Positions 28,153-38,245 of a stretch of DNA of 53,536 nucleotides are shown piece by piece (the first letter of the stretch is position 1; each line of letters begins with the position of its first letter). A program made the position numbers and the translations under genes. The DNA comes from Candidatus Hydrogenedentota bacterium (GTDB lineage Bacteria > Hydrogenedentota > Hydrogenedentia > Hydrogenedentales > SLHB01), in assembly GCA_045863295.1 (NCBI GenBank), contig BTWA01000042.1:1-53536 (forward strand). The letters run 5' to 3'. The notes under the pieces are model-generated. The model was not told the origin of the DNA. It saw only the letters and a program-made list of their open reading frames with translations, and ran no database searches.

Positions 28153-29034
28153 ATGCCCATGGCTTTGTTGCAGTCCATGAACCGGAGGACTTTCTTACGC
28201 GCATCCGTACTGAGCAGTACAGCGCTGTTGATGCACCCTTCGGCGACTGCCGCACCGGATCGCCTCCATCTGGCACTTCTAAGTGACACGCACATACCCG
28301 CGGATCGCTTGCCCGGGGCGCGCGGCTTCAATGCATGTGAACACTTGTCGTCCATCGTGTCTGACTTGGTGGGTACGGGGGCGGATGGATTGGTTATTGC
28401 AGGCGATGCAGCCCAATTGACCGGAGAGCCGGACGACTATGTCGTTTTGCTGGACCTGTTGAAACCGGTCATAGAGGCCATGCCGGTTTACATTGCCCTT
28501 GGTAACCATGACAACCGCGAGAATTTTCATGCTGCGGTGAGTTCGCAGCCCGGTGAACGAGCGCAGGTGGAGGACAAGCACGTCACCATCATTGAGCATA
28601 GGGACATCCGCATCGTGTTGCTGGACTCGTTGTTTTACGTCAGGCAAAAAGGGGGATTACTTGGCAAAGTCCAACGAGAGTGGCTTTCTGCGTATCTTCA
28701 AGAGCATTCAGATCGACCGGTTGTGCTCGTGTTTCACCATACGCTCGGTGATGGTGACAATGATTTGTTGGATGGCGAGCGAATGTTGCGACTGGCCCAT
28801 TCTCATTCGCACGTGAAGTTGTTGATCCATGGGCACTCGCATCGTTGGCAGATCTATGATCACGACGGGTTGCCCATTGTGAATCTTCCCACCAGCGCAC
28901 ACATATGGACACCGGATCAGCCCATTGGGTGGGTGGATGCCGACTTCAGACGCGACGGCGCTACTCTGACTTTACATGCATTTGCCGGCAACCGGGAACA
29001 GGATGGCAAGTCATTCGACTTTTCATGGCGCTGA
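28153..29034 (+). CDS. Tat-exported calcineurin-like metallophosphoesterase (start may be 28177)
   Basis: NRRTFL Tat motif. SDTH, AGD, GNHD, FHH, GHSH. Confidence 0.92.
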   Translation: MPMALLQSMNRRTFLRASVLSSTALLMHPSATAAPDRLHLALLSDTHIPADRLPGARGFNACEHLSSIVSDLVGTGADGLVIAGDAAQLTGEPDDYVVLLDLLKPVIEAMPVYIALGNHDNRENFHAAVSSQPGERAQVEDKHVTIIEHRDIRIVLLDSLFYVRQKGGLLGKVQREWLSAYLQEHSDRPVVLVFHHTLGDGDNDLLDGERMLRLAHSHSHVKLLIHGHSHRWQIYDHDGLPIVNLPTSAHIWTPDQPIGWVDADFRRDGATLTLHAFAGNREQDGKSFDFSWR

Positions 29035-29048
29035 TCCTGGGGCGAAAG

Positions 29049-29729
29049 TCAATCCAGCAGAATCAATACATCAGACAATTCGTTGACATCATCTGATGTA
29101 CGGGGCATCGCGCTCGCCAGTTGTTCGCCGGCTGCCGTAATGCAGTTTGTCAGGGCCGTGGAGATATCCCCGATACGAATTTCGTCTATTAGCCGCTTCG
29201 CCAGTTCGTCCAAGACAGGCTGTCCCAGCTTTTCGGTAACGGACGCATCTGCCAGCACTACCGCGGTGCGTTCGTAGAGCGAGATGTAGACCAACAATCC
29301 GGAGCCGCTTGCCGTGTGATGGACGCGCGCGTCGTAGAATACTTGCCGCGCACGCGCATTGAATTCGTCTCGCATCTGTATGGAGGGAGTAAAGAGTCTG
29401 CGCAACCACGCGATTTTGGAAGCGACGAACGCGGCGAAAATAAATCCCGCGACCGTGGCAATAATCAACACGGGCATCTGAAAAGGAACATCCATGCCCT
29501 CCCACGATCCGGTTAACCCGGCTGAATCGACGGGTAGTATGGAGTATGCAATAAGCATGGCTTTCACACCCCCAACGAGTCCCACAATGTCTTCCGCGCG
29601 ATCATATCGGCCTGAGGCTGTAGCGACCACGGGCACGATTTCGGCAGACGTTTTTCGTTCAGCCTCCATCACTGCATCCTGGACCGAACGCTTCTGGTCG
29701 TCGTTGAAACAACCGTTCGCCGTCATCAT
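29049..29729 (-). CDS. TPM domain membrane protein
   Basis: AERKTSAEIVPVV..ASGRY, two TM segments, F...VHHT...GLLVYISLYER...LAD, DVNELSD. Confidence 0.9.
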   Translation of the reverse strand: MMTANGCFNDDQKRSVQDAVMEAERKTSAEIVPVVATASGRYDRAEDIVGLVGGVKAMLIAYSILPVDSAGLTGSWEGMDVPFQMPVLIIATVAGFIFAAFVASKIAWLRRLFTPSIQMRDEFNARARQVFYDARVHHTASGSGLLVYISLYERTAVVLADASVTEKLGQPVLDELAKRLIDEIRIGDISTALTNCITAAGEQLASAMPRTSDDVNELSDVLILLD

Positions 29730-29775
29730 TGGTTTGGTCCCCCACATGAATTCACAATCAATTGCCGCCGCACGG

Positions 29776-30570
29776 TCACCATGATCCGGTTGCGCCGCCG
29801 CCGCCCGAGAAGCCGCCTCCAAACGACCCTCCCGAAAAGCTGCCGGAACTCCTGCCGCTGTTCGCCAAGGCCTGGTAGAGCACATAGCCGATGAGCGCGA
29901 AAACAGCCCCCCAAACGAGCCAGGCCCAACCGCTCATACCGCTGCGAATGAGTGACACCACGGTAAATACCAGGAGAACGATACCTCCAATAACGATGGC
30001 GTAGTGCCACCAGAAGACCGGCGCCGCTGGAAGTGGAATTCCTCGCGACATATTGTCCAGGCTCTCGACACCTGCAAGTATGCCTTTGGAAAATTGCCCT
30101 TGCCGAAACCGGGAGACTATCTGCTTGTCCATGATTTCCTGGCAGACAGCGTCGTACTCGTGTGCCCAATCCGCACCCAACTCGATGCGCGCTTTGCGAT
30201 CCTGCTCTGAAACCAGGAGAAGAACGCCACGGTTCCATGACTGTCCCTTCCATTCGGGGTGGCCAATTCCCCACTGGTTGAATAGCAGAGTCGCGAAAGT
30301 TTCGATTCGGATTCCCGGCGGTCCATACTGAGCCATGGATTCAATTGTAACGACAACGATGGGGATTGCGGTGTCGCCCAGTACTTGGCTGCATCGATCG
30401 CGAATTGACTGCTCATCGGCTTCGTCCACCATGTCGGCCAAATCCAGCAGGAACTCCCTGTCGCCAGGGGGATCAAGATTGATTGTGCGTTCCTGGGCGG
30501 ACGCTGCCTGCATCGATGCAATCGCGAGGCAAGTAACCAGTATGAGTGCCGGCCTAGCCAGACATGCCAT
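29776..30570 (-). CDS. TPM domain protein (YgcG-like) with Gly-rich tail
   Basis: DLADMV, IVVVTIES, LFNQWGIG, GVLLLVS..DRKARIELG, GGSFGGGFSGGGGATGSW. Confidence 0.92.
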   Translation of the reverse strand: MACLARPALILVTCLAIASMQAASAQERTINLDPPGDREFLLDLADMVDEADEQSIRDRCSQVLGDTAIPIVVVTIESMAQYGPPGIRIETFATLLFNQWGIGHPEWKGQSWNRGVLLLVSEQDRKARIELGADWAHEYDAVCQEIMDKQIVSRFRQGQFSKGILAGVESLDNMSRGIPLPAAPVFWWHYAIVIGGIVLLVFTVVSLIRSGMSGWAWLVWGAVFALIGYVLYQALANSGRSSGSFSGGSFGGGFSGGGGATGSW

Positions 30571-30716
30571 CGAAAAGTCCTCCTTCGGAGTCAATCGAAT
30601 CCGGCGCCCTCTAGACAACTCCGGTTACCTTCGGGGCTACAACACCGCCGATCGAACAATACCAAAATGAAATGGAATCGTTAGCCGAACGATTTCGAGA
30701 AAGGGAATGTCCCGGG

Positions 30717-31922
30717 CTATTTATCCGCCATTGTGACCCATTCTTCATTAAACGTCACGTACTTTATAGTCTCGAGGTTGTAGCTGTAGGTCACGTGAAT
30801 CATTCCATCTATTGATTGAAGAATCGAAGGGTAGTCGAAGCGTTGGTCCGGTACTTGCTCGATATGGCGAGTGTGGGACCAATTCTGGCCTCCGTCTGTA
30901 GACAGTGAGACCGCAAGTTGGTCACGGGGCGATTCTTCGACGTCGTTGTAGACCATAACAATGTTGCCATTTTTCAGTTGGACTGCTTCGATGCCCGCGC
31001 CGGGGTGCAGGAGTCCGGTCTGCGTGACTTCGCCCCATGTCATTCCGCCATCAGTGGATTCGCTTTTCTTGATGCGGTTGCTGCTGTTTCTAAAGAAGGC
31101 AACAAGAGTGCCATCGGGTCTCTCGACGACGGTAGGCTGTGTCAAACCAGCTTCGGGTACGGGATTGGAAAATGTCCACGTTGCTCCGGCGTCCTTGGTG
31201 AACCCCATTACGGCTACGTTGAAGTTTTCATTCGACAAGGGCAACAACAGTCGTCCGTCTTTCAGTGTGATTGGATGTGCGCGAGGCATCCATCCAAACC
31301 GGCGCGACAACGGATTCTTGAGCGCTTCGGCGATGCCGGCTTCGAATCGAGCACGCTGTTGGTCGCTAAGTCCTCCTTCCCGGGCCATGCGATCGATTGT
31401 GGATTTGGTGACGTCTTCGATGCCGGGCACGTGCGGAATCAACACATTGGCCGATGCCCAAACAGGGACGGACGTATCGGTGTAGTTGGTGGACGTCTGA
31501 TATCGAAGAATGCTGCTACCCCACGTCCAATCGGGTACACCTGTCAGCGTAGGGTAAATCAGCCAGAGCCGATTGTCCTTATCCACTGCCATGCAGGGAT
31601 TATTGTCTGACACGCCAAATGTGTCCGCCATGACGAATGGCTTTTCCCATGTGCCGCCATTAGGTTTTCGGCTGCCGCCAATTCGCACGTTGTCGGCTTT
31701 GTCGCGGTTTTCGGCATAGTAGGGTGCTGGCAGGTCTGGGCCGTTCTCATACCACACCACCCGCAGGTCGCCGTTCGGGCATTCGACGATACACGATGCA
31801 TGGACATGACCATGACTTTCCACGGCGGGATCAAAAACCATTTCCGACTCAAATACCGGGGCCGCGACGGTTGCTACTGCAGTTACAAGAGCCAATGTCA
31901 TGTACATGGCAAGCTTCCTCAT
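30717..31922 (-). CDS. Secreted sialidase-like/BNR-repeat (Asp-box) propeller protein
   Basis: HASCIVECPNGDL. Asp boxes FTKDAGATWT, SESTDGGMTW and SLSTDGGQNW. FDYPSI. Confidence 0.88.
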   Translation of the reverse strand: MRKLAMYMTLALVTAVATVAAPVFESEMVFDPAVESHGHVHASCIVECPNGDLRVVWYENGPDLPAPYYAENRDKADNVRIGGSRKPNGGTWEKPFVMADTFGVSDNNPCMAVDKDNRLWLIYPTLTGVPDWTWGSSILRYQTSTNYTDTSVPVWASANVLIPHVPGIEDVTKSTIDRMAREGGLSDQQRARFEAGIAEALKNPLSRRFGWMPRAHPITLKDGRLLLPLSNENFNVAVMGFTKDAGATWTFSNPVPEAGLTQPTVVERPDGTLVAFFRNSSNRIKKSESTDGGMTWGEVTQTGLLHPGAGIEAVQLKNGNIVMVYNDVEESPRDQLAVSLSTDGGQNWSHTRHIEQVPDQRFDYPSILQSIDGMIHVTYSYNLETIKYVTFNEEWVTMADK

Positions 31923-32072
31923 TTTTTGGGGTGCTGGCGGATTCTGGACTTCTCTCGCACCGTTCCCAATGAGAGAGCATAGTGATCGATCGACGCATGA
32001 TCAATGGTGTACCGGCGGCCGGGGATGCTATGGTATGTGCGATTCCATATGGATTGAAAGGCGGGTGAAGGC

Positions 32073-33059
32073 GTGGCCGAAAAAGGACTCTTTCTACAAA
32101 ACATCATTGCCGTAGTTTGGGATTTCGACAAGACATTGTCGCCCCATTATATGCAAAAACCTTTATTCGAAGCGTATCGGATCGACGAGAGCCGATTTTG
32201 GAAGGAAGTCCGGGCGTTACCAGAATTTTACGCGCGTGCCGGTGTGACCGTGCAGCCGGATACGTGTTACCTCGGTCACCTCCTGTCGTATGTGCAAGCG
32301 GGCCGGATGCCCAACCTGACGAACTCGAGGCTGCGGGAATTGGGCGAGCGAATTGAATTTTTTCCTGGCGTTCCCGAAGTGTTTGCGTCCATGAAGGCGT
32401 CTGTGGAACACGCCCGCTATCGTGAGCTCGACATTCGACTTGAACACTATGTTGTCAGCACTGGCCTTGCCGAAATGATTCGAGGGTCCAAGATATTTCA
32501 ATACCTGGATGGCGTGTATGCTTCGGAGTTTATTGAAGTGCCGGCCGGGCCGGAACCCAATTTTATTCGAGATCCCCAAAGGGGAGAAATCAGCCAAATT
32601 GCCAGTTTTCTCGACAACACGACCAAGACGCGAGCCTTGTTTGAAATCAACAAAGGGGTAGGACGGGAAAAGAGCATTTCCGTGAACGACACGATACCGG
32701 AGGATGAGCGGAGGGTGCCGTTCAAGAATATGTTGTATATCGCCGACGGTCCCAGCGATATCCCTTCGTTTTCCGTGGTCATGAAACACGGAGGATGGAC
32801 CTGCGCGGTGTACGATCCGCACGATTCCGATCATTTCGAACAGGCGGCGTCGTTACTGCAAAACAAGCGTGTCCACTATTACTGTGAATCCGATTACCGG
32901 GCCGAAAGTGCCACGGCTCGATCTTTGTTGCGGCAGGTTCGATTGATTGCCGACCGAATGGTTGTGGAACGGACCAAGGCCTTCGCCAGTAAGGTTGGGC
33001 GAGGTCCCAGCCATAGTCCCGAGGGAGAATCCGCGTCGTTGGGGCATGAGAAGCCGTGA
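32073..33059 (+). CDS. HAD-superfamily hydrolase
   Basis: WDFDKTL (motif I), VVSTG, KTRALFEINKG, YIADGPSDIP. Confidence 0.9.
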   Translation: MAEKGLFLQNIIAVVWDFDKTLSPHYMQKPLFEAYRIDESRFWKEVRALPEFYARAGVTVQPDTCYLGHLLSYVQAGRMPNLTNSRLRELGERIEFFPGVPEVFASMKASVEHARYRELDIRLEHYVVSTGLAEMIRGSKIFQYLDGVYASEFIEVPAGPEPNFIRDPQRGEISQIASFLDNTTKTRALFEINKGVGREKSISVNDTIPEDERRVPFKNMLYIADGPSDIPSFSVVMKHGGWTCAVYDPHDSDHFEQAASLLQNKRVHYYCESDYRAESATARSLLRQVRLIADRMVVERTKAFASKVGRGPSHSPEGESASLGHEKP

Positions 33060-33145
33060 CTATGGCCTTTGATATAGTTTTCGTGGCGTCGATTTTTTCG
33101 CACAACTGATTCATCATTAGGCGTTTACGGGGAAAAATTGTAGAT

Positions 33146-33174
33146 TTGCCAATTTTTGATTTTCGGTGTAAACT
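33146..33174 (+). promoter_or_regulatory. Sigma70 promoter
   Basis: TTGCCA-17 nt-TAAACT in an AT-rich intergenic tract. Confidence 0.6.
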
Positions 33175-33281
33175 TTATGTGGTTTTCTTCTTATGCGGTT
33201 TTTAAAGATTTGGCAATCCATTAAATCACGTATACGGAAGATTGGCCAGCCCTGGGGGCTGTAGACCATGGGAGGAGTACC

Positions 33282-33488
33282 ATGAGCGCCGAGCACACGG
33301 GGAGATCGGCAGGAGTCGGTACGTTGGAATGGGCGTTGGAACTGATTCGGGATACTGCCAAGGATGAATCTCACTATTGTTTAGATTCTTATCAGGCTGG
33401 GCCGGTGTCGATGGATCATCCCGTCATACGGATGGGTATGCGTGACAGGGGTGTGAGCGATGCGTCATTGGACACATTGCGTTTCTAG
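33282..33488 (+). CDS. Small hypothetical protein (68 aa)
   Basis: Strong RBS GGGAGGAG 4 nt before ATG, an upstream promoter, and it occupies otherwise empty space. Confidence 0.55.
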   Translation: MSAEHTGRSAGVGTLEWALELIRDTAKDESHYCLDSYQAGPVSMDHPVIRMGMRDRGVSDASLDTLRF

Positions 33489-33638
33489 ATAGCGTCAGCC
33501 GGGCGCACGTGTATTGTGGGAATCCGGGAACCGGATCGGTGCGGAACAGCATATTCACTGGATAGCCACAGGAAGGTCAGACTTTGTCCGGTTTCGCGCG
33601 TCCGCGTTGAAAGACCGATTCACGCTATCCCAAATCAA

Positions 33639-34691
33639 TTATCCGTCGGATTTGTTGCCCTTTTTCCGGTTTTCCCAACGGTGTTTCATTTCGCCCCAAA
33701 TTTCCTTGGGCTTGTCCACGATTCCGCCTCCCGAATTGCCTTCTGATTTCGCGGACGATTTTCGGGCGACACGTTTGGTTTCCGTGGGGGAGCATATTTG
33801 GCCGACGGCAAGTTTTTCGGCTCCATCGATGACTTCTGCAATGGTCATGGCGCTTTGCGTGTCTGTTATTTTCACGCGGCCCACTTCAACCTCCTCAAAC
33901 CCGAGACTTTGACCGCTATCCGGGTCCTTAACTTCTTCGCCCTGACTTGAAATCATCCATACTTCGCCCGGCGTAAACATGACGTCGCCATAGTTCAAGG
34001 TTACCGTCTTGTTGTCGCTTCCCAGTTTGGCAATCTTGGGGGGATAAACGATAAGCAGGACCCGTTTTGTCAGCTGATGCACCAGGCTTCGTGCCATTTC
34101 ACCTTCAGTGGGGTTGTTGGGATCGAAGGAGATTAAATCGGTTCCCACACCTGTGGACTTCCGGGTTTCCACGAAGTCTTCCGCAAATACGACGTCCCCG
34201 GTTGTTGTGTCGACAAATCGAATATCGACACCCAGCGAGATGGTTTGCCTTTGCACGCGGTTCGGCATGAGCCCCGACCCCATTCCGGGGATAGGCAACG
34301 CTCCTCCAAATCCATTGGTGCTGTAGTCGCGCGATGTCTGGCCAGCTTCGGTAACAACCCCCACCAAGATATAATCTGCCCCTTTCAGTTTACCGATTTT
34401 GGCGGCCGTGGCGGCGTCTACGGCGCCACTATCGCCCAAGGCTTGTTCTGACACCACTTTCTTGAGTTCCACTCGTTCCACCACGTCGAATTTTCGGGTC
34501 TTGACGATGTTTGTCGTCAACATATCCGATATGGCTGATCCTACGCCTTTGTCGATGCCTGCCTTGTTGTTAAATTCAAGTACGGCGATGCTTGCCTGCT
34601 GTGCCAGTGCGGCATTTCCAACTAAGCAGCCGACAATTGTCGCCCACATTGCGCAGGTTAGTCGCACGCTTTGCACATCTATGCGTCTCAT
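33639..34691 (-). CDS. CsgG/HfaB-like secreted protein with FlgT-like C-terminal domain
   Basis: IAVLEFNN, DMLTT..VKTRKFDVVER, EQALG.SG, IGKLKGADYI, VDIRFVDTTTG, VKDPDSGQSLG. Confidence 0.85.
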   Translation of the reverse strand: MRRIDVQSVRLTCAMWATIVGCLVGNAALAQQASIAVLEFNNKAGIDKGVGSAISDMLTTNIVKTRKFDVVERVELKKVVSEQALGDSGAVDAATAAKIGKLKGADYILVGVVTEAGQTSRDYSTNGFGGALPIPGMGSGLMPNRVQRQTISLGVDIRFVDTTTGDVVFAEDFVETRKSTGVGTDLISFDPNNPTEGEMARSLVHQLTKRVLLIVYPPKIAKLGSDNKTVTLNYGDVMFTPGEVWMISSQGEEVKDPDSGQSLGFEEVEVGRVKITDTQSAMTIAEVIDGAEKLAVGQICSPTETKRVARKSSAKSEGNSGGGIVDKPKEIWGEMKHRWENRKKGNKSDG

Positions 34692-34740
34692 GAGTCAAAT
34701 TCCCTTTGCCGCAGTGTAATGTCTTGCAAACTGCCCTGAG

Positions 34741-35640
34741 CTATCGGAAAGGATTGGGTTTTTCCCTTGGCTTCTCTGTAGCCTTTTGGCCCGATCCGGA
34801 GCCCGAACTCACTGGACCCCGGCAGATGTCACCTTCCATCAACTCGCCACTTATTTTGGTTGCCTTGGACATGGTGCCCGCCGTTGAGACAATACGCAAT
34901 TGACCAATTTTTTCCTCGTCGCGCCCCAGGCTTTCCTTGGTATCCGGATCGATCACCTCTTCGCCTGGGCGGAATACGTTCCACACTTGGCCTGCTTTAA
35001 ACATTACGTCGCCGTAGTTGAGAATGATTTCGCCGTCCGGCGCAATTTTCGCGATTTTGGGTGGATAGACGGCAATCAGCGTTTTTCCGGCGACGCCGTC
35101 AATTACGTCCCGGGCCATTTCATGGCCGATGCCCACCCTCAAATCGAGATTCACAGTGCCGGGGGCCACGGACGTGGCCGTTCTAACCTGCCGAAAGGTC
35201 TCCGCAAACATAGTTTGCCCGCTCGTACTGTCGACGAAACGAATGTCCACGGCGAGGACTGCTGAACCTTTCGCGACGGTGATGTCGTACACTTGGGTGG
35301 TCTTGGTGGCGTAGCCGCATTCGCTGACGATGACGATCAGCATGTAGTCCGCGCCTGTAAGCTTGCCGATTTGCGCGGCTGTTGCGGAATCCACTGCGCC
35401 GCTGGCGCCCAAGGCTTGTTCCTCAATAACCGTCGCCAACTGGGAGCGTTCCAAAACGTCGAATTTACTAGACTTGACCAGGGCGGTTGTAAGCATATCG
35501 ACTAACACGTCAGATACGCTATAGTCTACTTCGGCTTTGTTGTCGAACGGGACGATACCAATAGAGGTTCGCTGAGCTGTTGCAAACTGCGAGAGGAGTA
35601 TTGCCATTGCGATGACGACCGCACTTGGAATTTTTCTCAT
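34741..35640 (-). CDS. CsgG/HfaB-like secreted protein with FlgT-like C-terminal domain (paralog)
   Basis: IGIVPFDN, DMLTTALVKSSKFDVLER, IGKLTGADY, VDIRFVDSTSG, VIDPDTKESLG. Confidence 0.85.
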   Translation of the reverse strand: MRKIPSAVVIAMAILLSQFATAQRTSIGIVPFDNKAEVDYSVSDVLVDMLTTALVKSSKFDVLERSQLATVIEEQALGASGAVDSATAAQIGKLTGADYMLIVIVSECGYATKTTQVYDITVAKGSAVLAVDIRFVDSTSGQTMFAETFRQVRTATSVAPGTVNLDLRVGIGHEMARDVIDGVAGKTLIAVYPPKIAKIAPDGEIILNYGDVMFKAGQVWNVFRPGEEVIDPDTKESLGRDEEKIGQLRIVSTAGTMSKATKISGELMEGDICRGPVSSGSGSGQKATEKPREKPNPFR

Positions 35641-35704
35641 TTTGTTTCTCCAGAGAGTATTGCGATATTTTCCGTCGCGCACTTTCATAGCGCGACTGTG
35701 GATA

Positions 35705-37282
35705 TCATGAGTCTGGTCCAAAGAAATTGAGCCGGAAGTCACTCAACCCCCCGGCGCCCACATACCACCCATCGCCTTGCTTAACCGCCCATGTGGTTTT
35801 TTCCACCGGGTCGATGCGGTCGTTCGTGTACGTTACCCGAATCGTCCAAAGCGACCTTGAACCAAGTTCTTCCTTCGGACCAATAATTTCCCACTTTTTT
35901 GGGAGACTGTATCGATCGGCGTTTTTTTGAAGCCGTTGAGTCCAGTCGGAAATTGAGTACTTCTGTTTTTCGGGATTCGCCAACATAGCGTGCATTGCTT
36001 CGAAGTCTCCAGAGGACCAGAGAGCGCAATACTTTTCGAACAAATCCTGAGGTGATGCCGAGGTGGTGACCGCAGCTTTCGTCGACTCCGTCGCCGCATT
36101 CGGAAGGGGATCTGCACCCGCGCTCTGATTGGAACTTCCCGAAATAGTGTTGTCGGCCGGCAGTATGTCTTCGTTGCCGTCTCCTCGCAGCATTGCCACG
36201 ACTCCGGCCATAATCAGCAGTGCAGCCAATGCCCCTCCGGCCATTGCCAGATTACGTGTAATGGTTTTGGGCAACGGATCCCCTTGACTCTTCTTGCTTC
36301 TGTCTTTGCTGTCGGTAGTTACTTGCCCACTGTGTTCCAACGCGTGGGCGGCCACTCTCAGTGCCTTTGCGAACTCGTTCGCCGATTGATACCGCACTGC
36401 AGGCGAATGTGCCGTGGCTTTTTCCACAATATGGCAAATGGCTTCGGGCAAGTCTGGTCGGCGGTTGCGCAGGTTGACCCGGTTGTTTTTCCGTACATTT
36501 GTCAGAGTCGATTGCACGGTGTCGCCGTCGAAAGGACGTTGGCCGCACAGAAGTTCGTATAGTGTGACGCCCAGCGAAAAAATATCGGTCCGTTCATCCA
36601 GGGATTCCCCGCTGGCCTGTTCGGGGGACATGTACGGGGGAGAGCCGCTGATAAGACGGTCCAGGGTGAAGCTTGACGTCGAATCCGGTACGCGGGCCAA
36701 TCCGAAATCGGCGACTTTGGCCCGGAGTGTTTCCCCTTCAACGAGTATGTTGGCGGGTTTTATATCGCGATGTAAGATACCCTGCTTGTGTGCCTCGTAT
36801 AGTGCTTCGGCACATTCCGCAACAATTCGCAATGCAAGTGCCACAGGCATGCCCTGGGGATACTCATCCAAAATTTGGCAGAGCGACTTGTCGAGGAATT
36901 CGAGTACGAAGTACTGTTGTCCGAGATGCTCACCCCAATGATGGATGGCAACAATGTTCGGGTGACGGCTCAATGCCGCAATTGCCTTTGCTTCCCGTTC
37001 GAACAGGGTGAGTTGATAGTTGTCCAGTGTTGACTTGAGGAACTTGATAGCGACGGGCCGATTCAAGACGACATCTTGTGCTTTGTACACTTTTCCGTAG
37101 GTACCTTCCCCCAGAACTTCGACAATCTCAAAATTGCCAAGCCGGGTATGCACGAGTTTGTCGGTATGCGGACTGGGTGAGCGCGTGTGAGCGAATTCCG
37201 CGGACTTATCCGTTCCTCCGATCTGGGTACCGGCCGTTTCGCTGGCAGAAGAAGCGTGTTTGTCGGAGTCTGGCTCGAGCAT
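35705..37282 (-). CDS. Membrane-anchored Hanks-type Ser/Thr protein kinase with extracytoplasmic NTF2-like domain (start may be 37336)
   Basis: LGEGTYGKVY, VAIK, HRDIKPANIL, DFGLA, YMSPEQ, DIFSLG. One TM segment, then the C-terminal ...WSSGDFEAMHAML...KQGDGWYV. Confidence 0.93.
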   Translation of the reverse strand: MLEPDSDKHASSASETAGTQIGGTDKSAEFAHTRSPSPHTDKLVHTRLGNFEIVEVLGEGTYGKVYKAQDVVLNRPVAIKFLKSTLDNYQLTLFEREAKAIAALSRHPNIVAIHHWGEHLGQQYFVLEFLDKSLCQILDEYPQGMPVALALRIVAECAEALYEAHKQGILHRDIKPANILVEGETLRAKVADFGLARVPDSTSSFTLDRLISGSPPYMSPEQASGESLDERTDIFSLGVTLYELLCGQRPFDGDTVQSTLTNVRKNNRVNLRNRRPDLPEAICHIVEKATAHSPAVRYQSANEFAKALRVAAHALEHSGQVTTDSKDRSKKSQGDPLPKTITRNLAMAGGALAALLIMAGVVAMLRGDGNEDILPADNTISGSSNQSAGADPLPNAATESTKAAVTTSASPQDLFEKYCALWSSGDFEAMHAMLANPEKQKYSISDWTQRLQKNADRYSLPKKWEIIGPKEELGSRSLWTIRVTYTNDRIDPVEKTTWAVKQGDGWYVGAGGLSDFRLNFFGPDS

Positions 37283-37519
37283 AATGCATAGGTTCCTTGG
37301 TGCGCGAACCTTCCCGTGGGGAAGTCCGGCATCCATTGTTACCGGTTTATGTTTTCGCCGAACCCAAAATGTGCAGCCTAGAGAGAACTACCCTTGGCCT
37401 CTTATCAGAGGCCGCACCGTTTCGCCTATTACGATAATAGTCACATACGGGGATGAGCGTCAACAATTATAGATAGAAATGTGCGAATTCCGAGCAACTC
37501 AGGATAGCTGCAGTTGGAA

Positions 37520-38179
37520 TTAGTGCCGACCGAATCCGGCCAAAAGTTCACTTAGGGGTAAATCCGCCAGGGAATTCAAGACCTTATCCGCTTCCAGTGA
37601 GAGCCTAATCGTGACCGGATTGGGCACGGCCACTGCGTATATCCCTGCTCTGCGTGCGGCCAAGAGCCCATTAGGCGAATCCTCAAAGACAATTGCCTTG
37701 TCAGAGGCGATTCCGCAGGCGGACAAGGCCGCCAGAAACAAGTCTGGGGCGGGTTTGGCTTGCGCCACGTCTTCCCGGGTGCATACGACCTTGAAGTGAT
37801 GGATTAGGCCCAACCTTTGGAGGTGTCCGTTCACCCATGCCCGGTCAGCGCTGGACGCAACGGCACATTGCAGGCCCAAACAGCCGGCCTCTACGAGATA
37901 GTCTTCGACCCCGGGTCTGGGGTGTTCTTTGGCGAGTAAGTCGTAAAAATGGCTTCGCCTGCTTTCCGTCAGCCGATCCCGAGCAACAGTTCGGTTCAAC
38001 TGCCTTTCCAACGCGTCGTATAAGTCGACGACACTCGATCCCGCACCGACTCCGCGAGCCCAAACGTCCATGGGTAATTCGGCACCATGTTCCTGAAAAA
38101 CTTTCTGCCAAGCCAGGTAGTCAGGCGTTTCTGTATCTAAAATGAGGCCATCAAAATCGAAAATAAGCAATTGTTTCAT
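37520..38179 (-). CDS. HAD family phosphatase (beta-PGM/CbbY-like)
   Basis: FDFDGLILDTE, VASS, KPAPD, FEDSPNG. Confidence 0.93.
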   Translation of the reverse strand: MKQLLIFDFDGLILDTETPDYLAWQKVFQEHGAELPMDVWARGVGAGSSVVDLYDALERQLNRTVARDRLTESRRSHFYDLLAKEHPRPGVEDYLVEAGCLGLQCAVASSADRAWVNGHLQRLGLIHHFKVVCTREDVAQAKPAPDLFLAALSACGIASDKAIVFEDSPNGLLAARRAGIYAVAVPNPVTIRLSLEADKVLNSLADLPLSELLAGFGRH

Positions 38180-38245
38180 GATTGTCTGATTCTGTCTGCA
38201 CAGGCGTGGTTTGGACGCGTGCGTGTTCCGCGAGTACCGGCGGCG

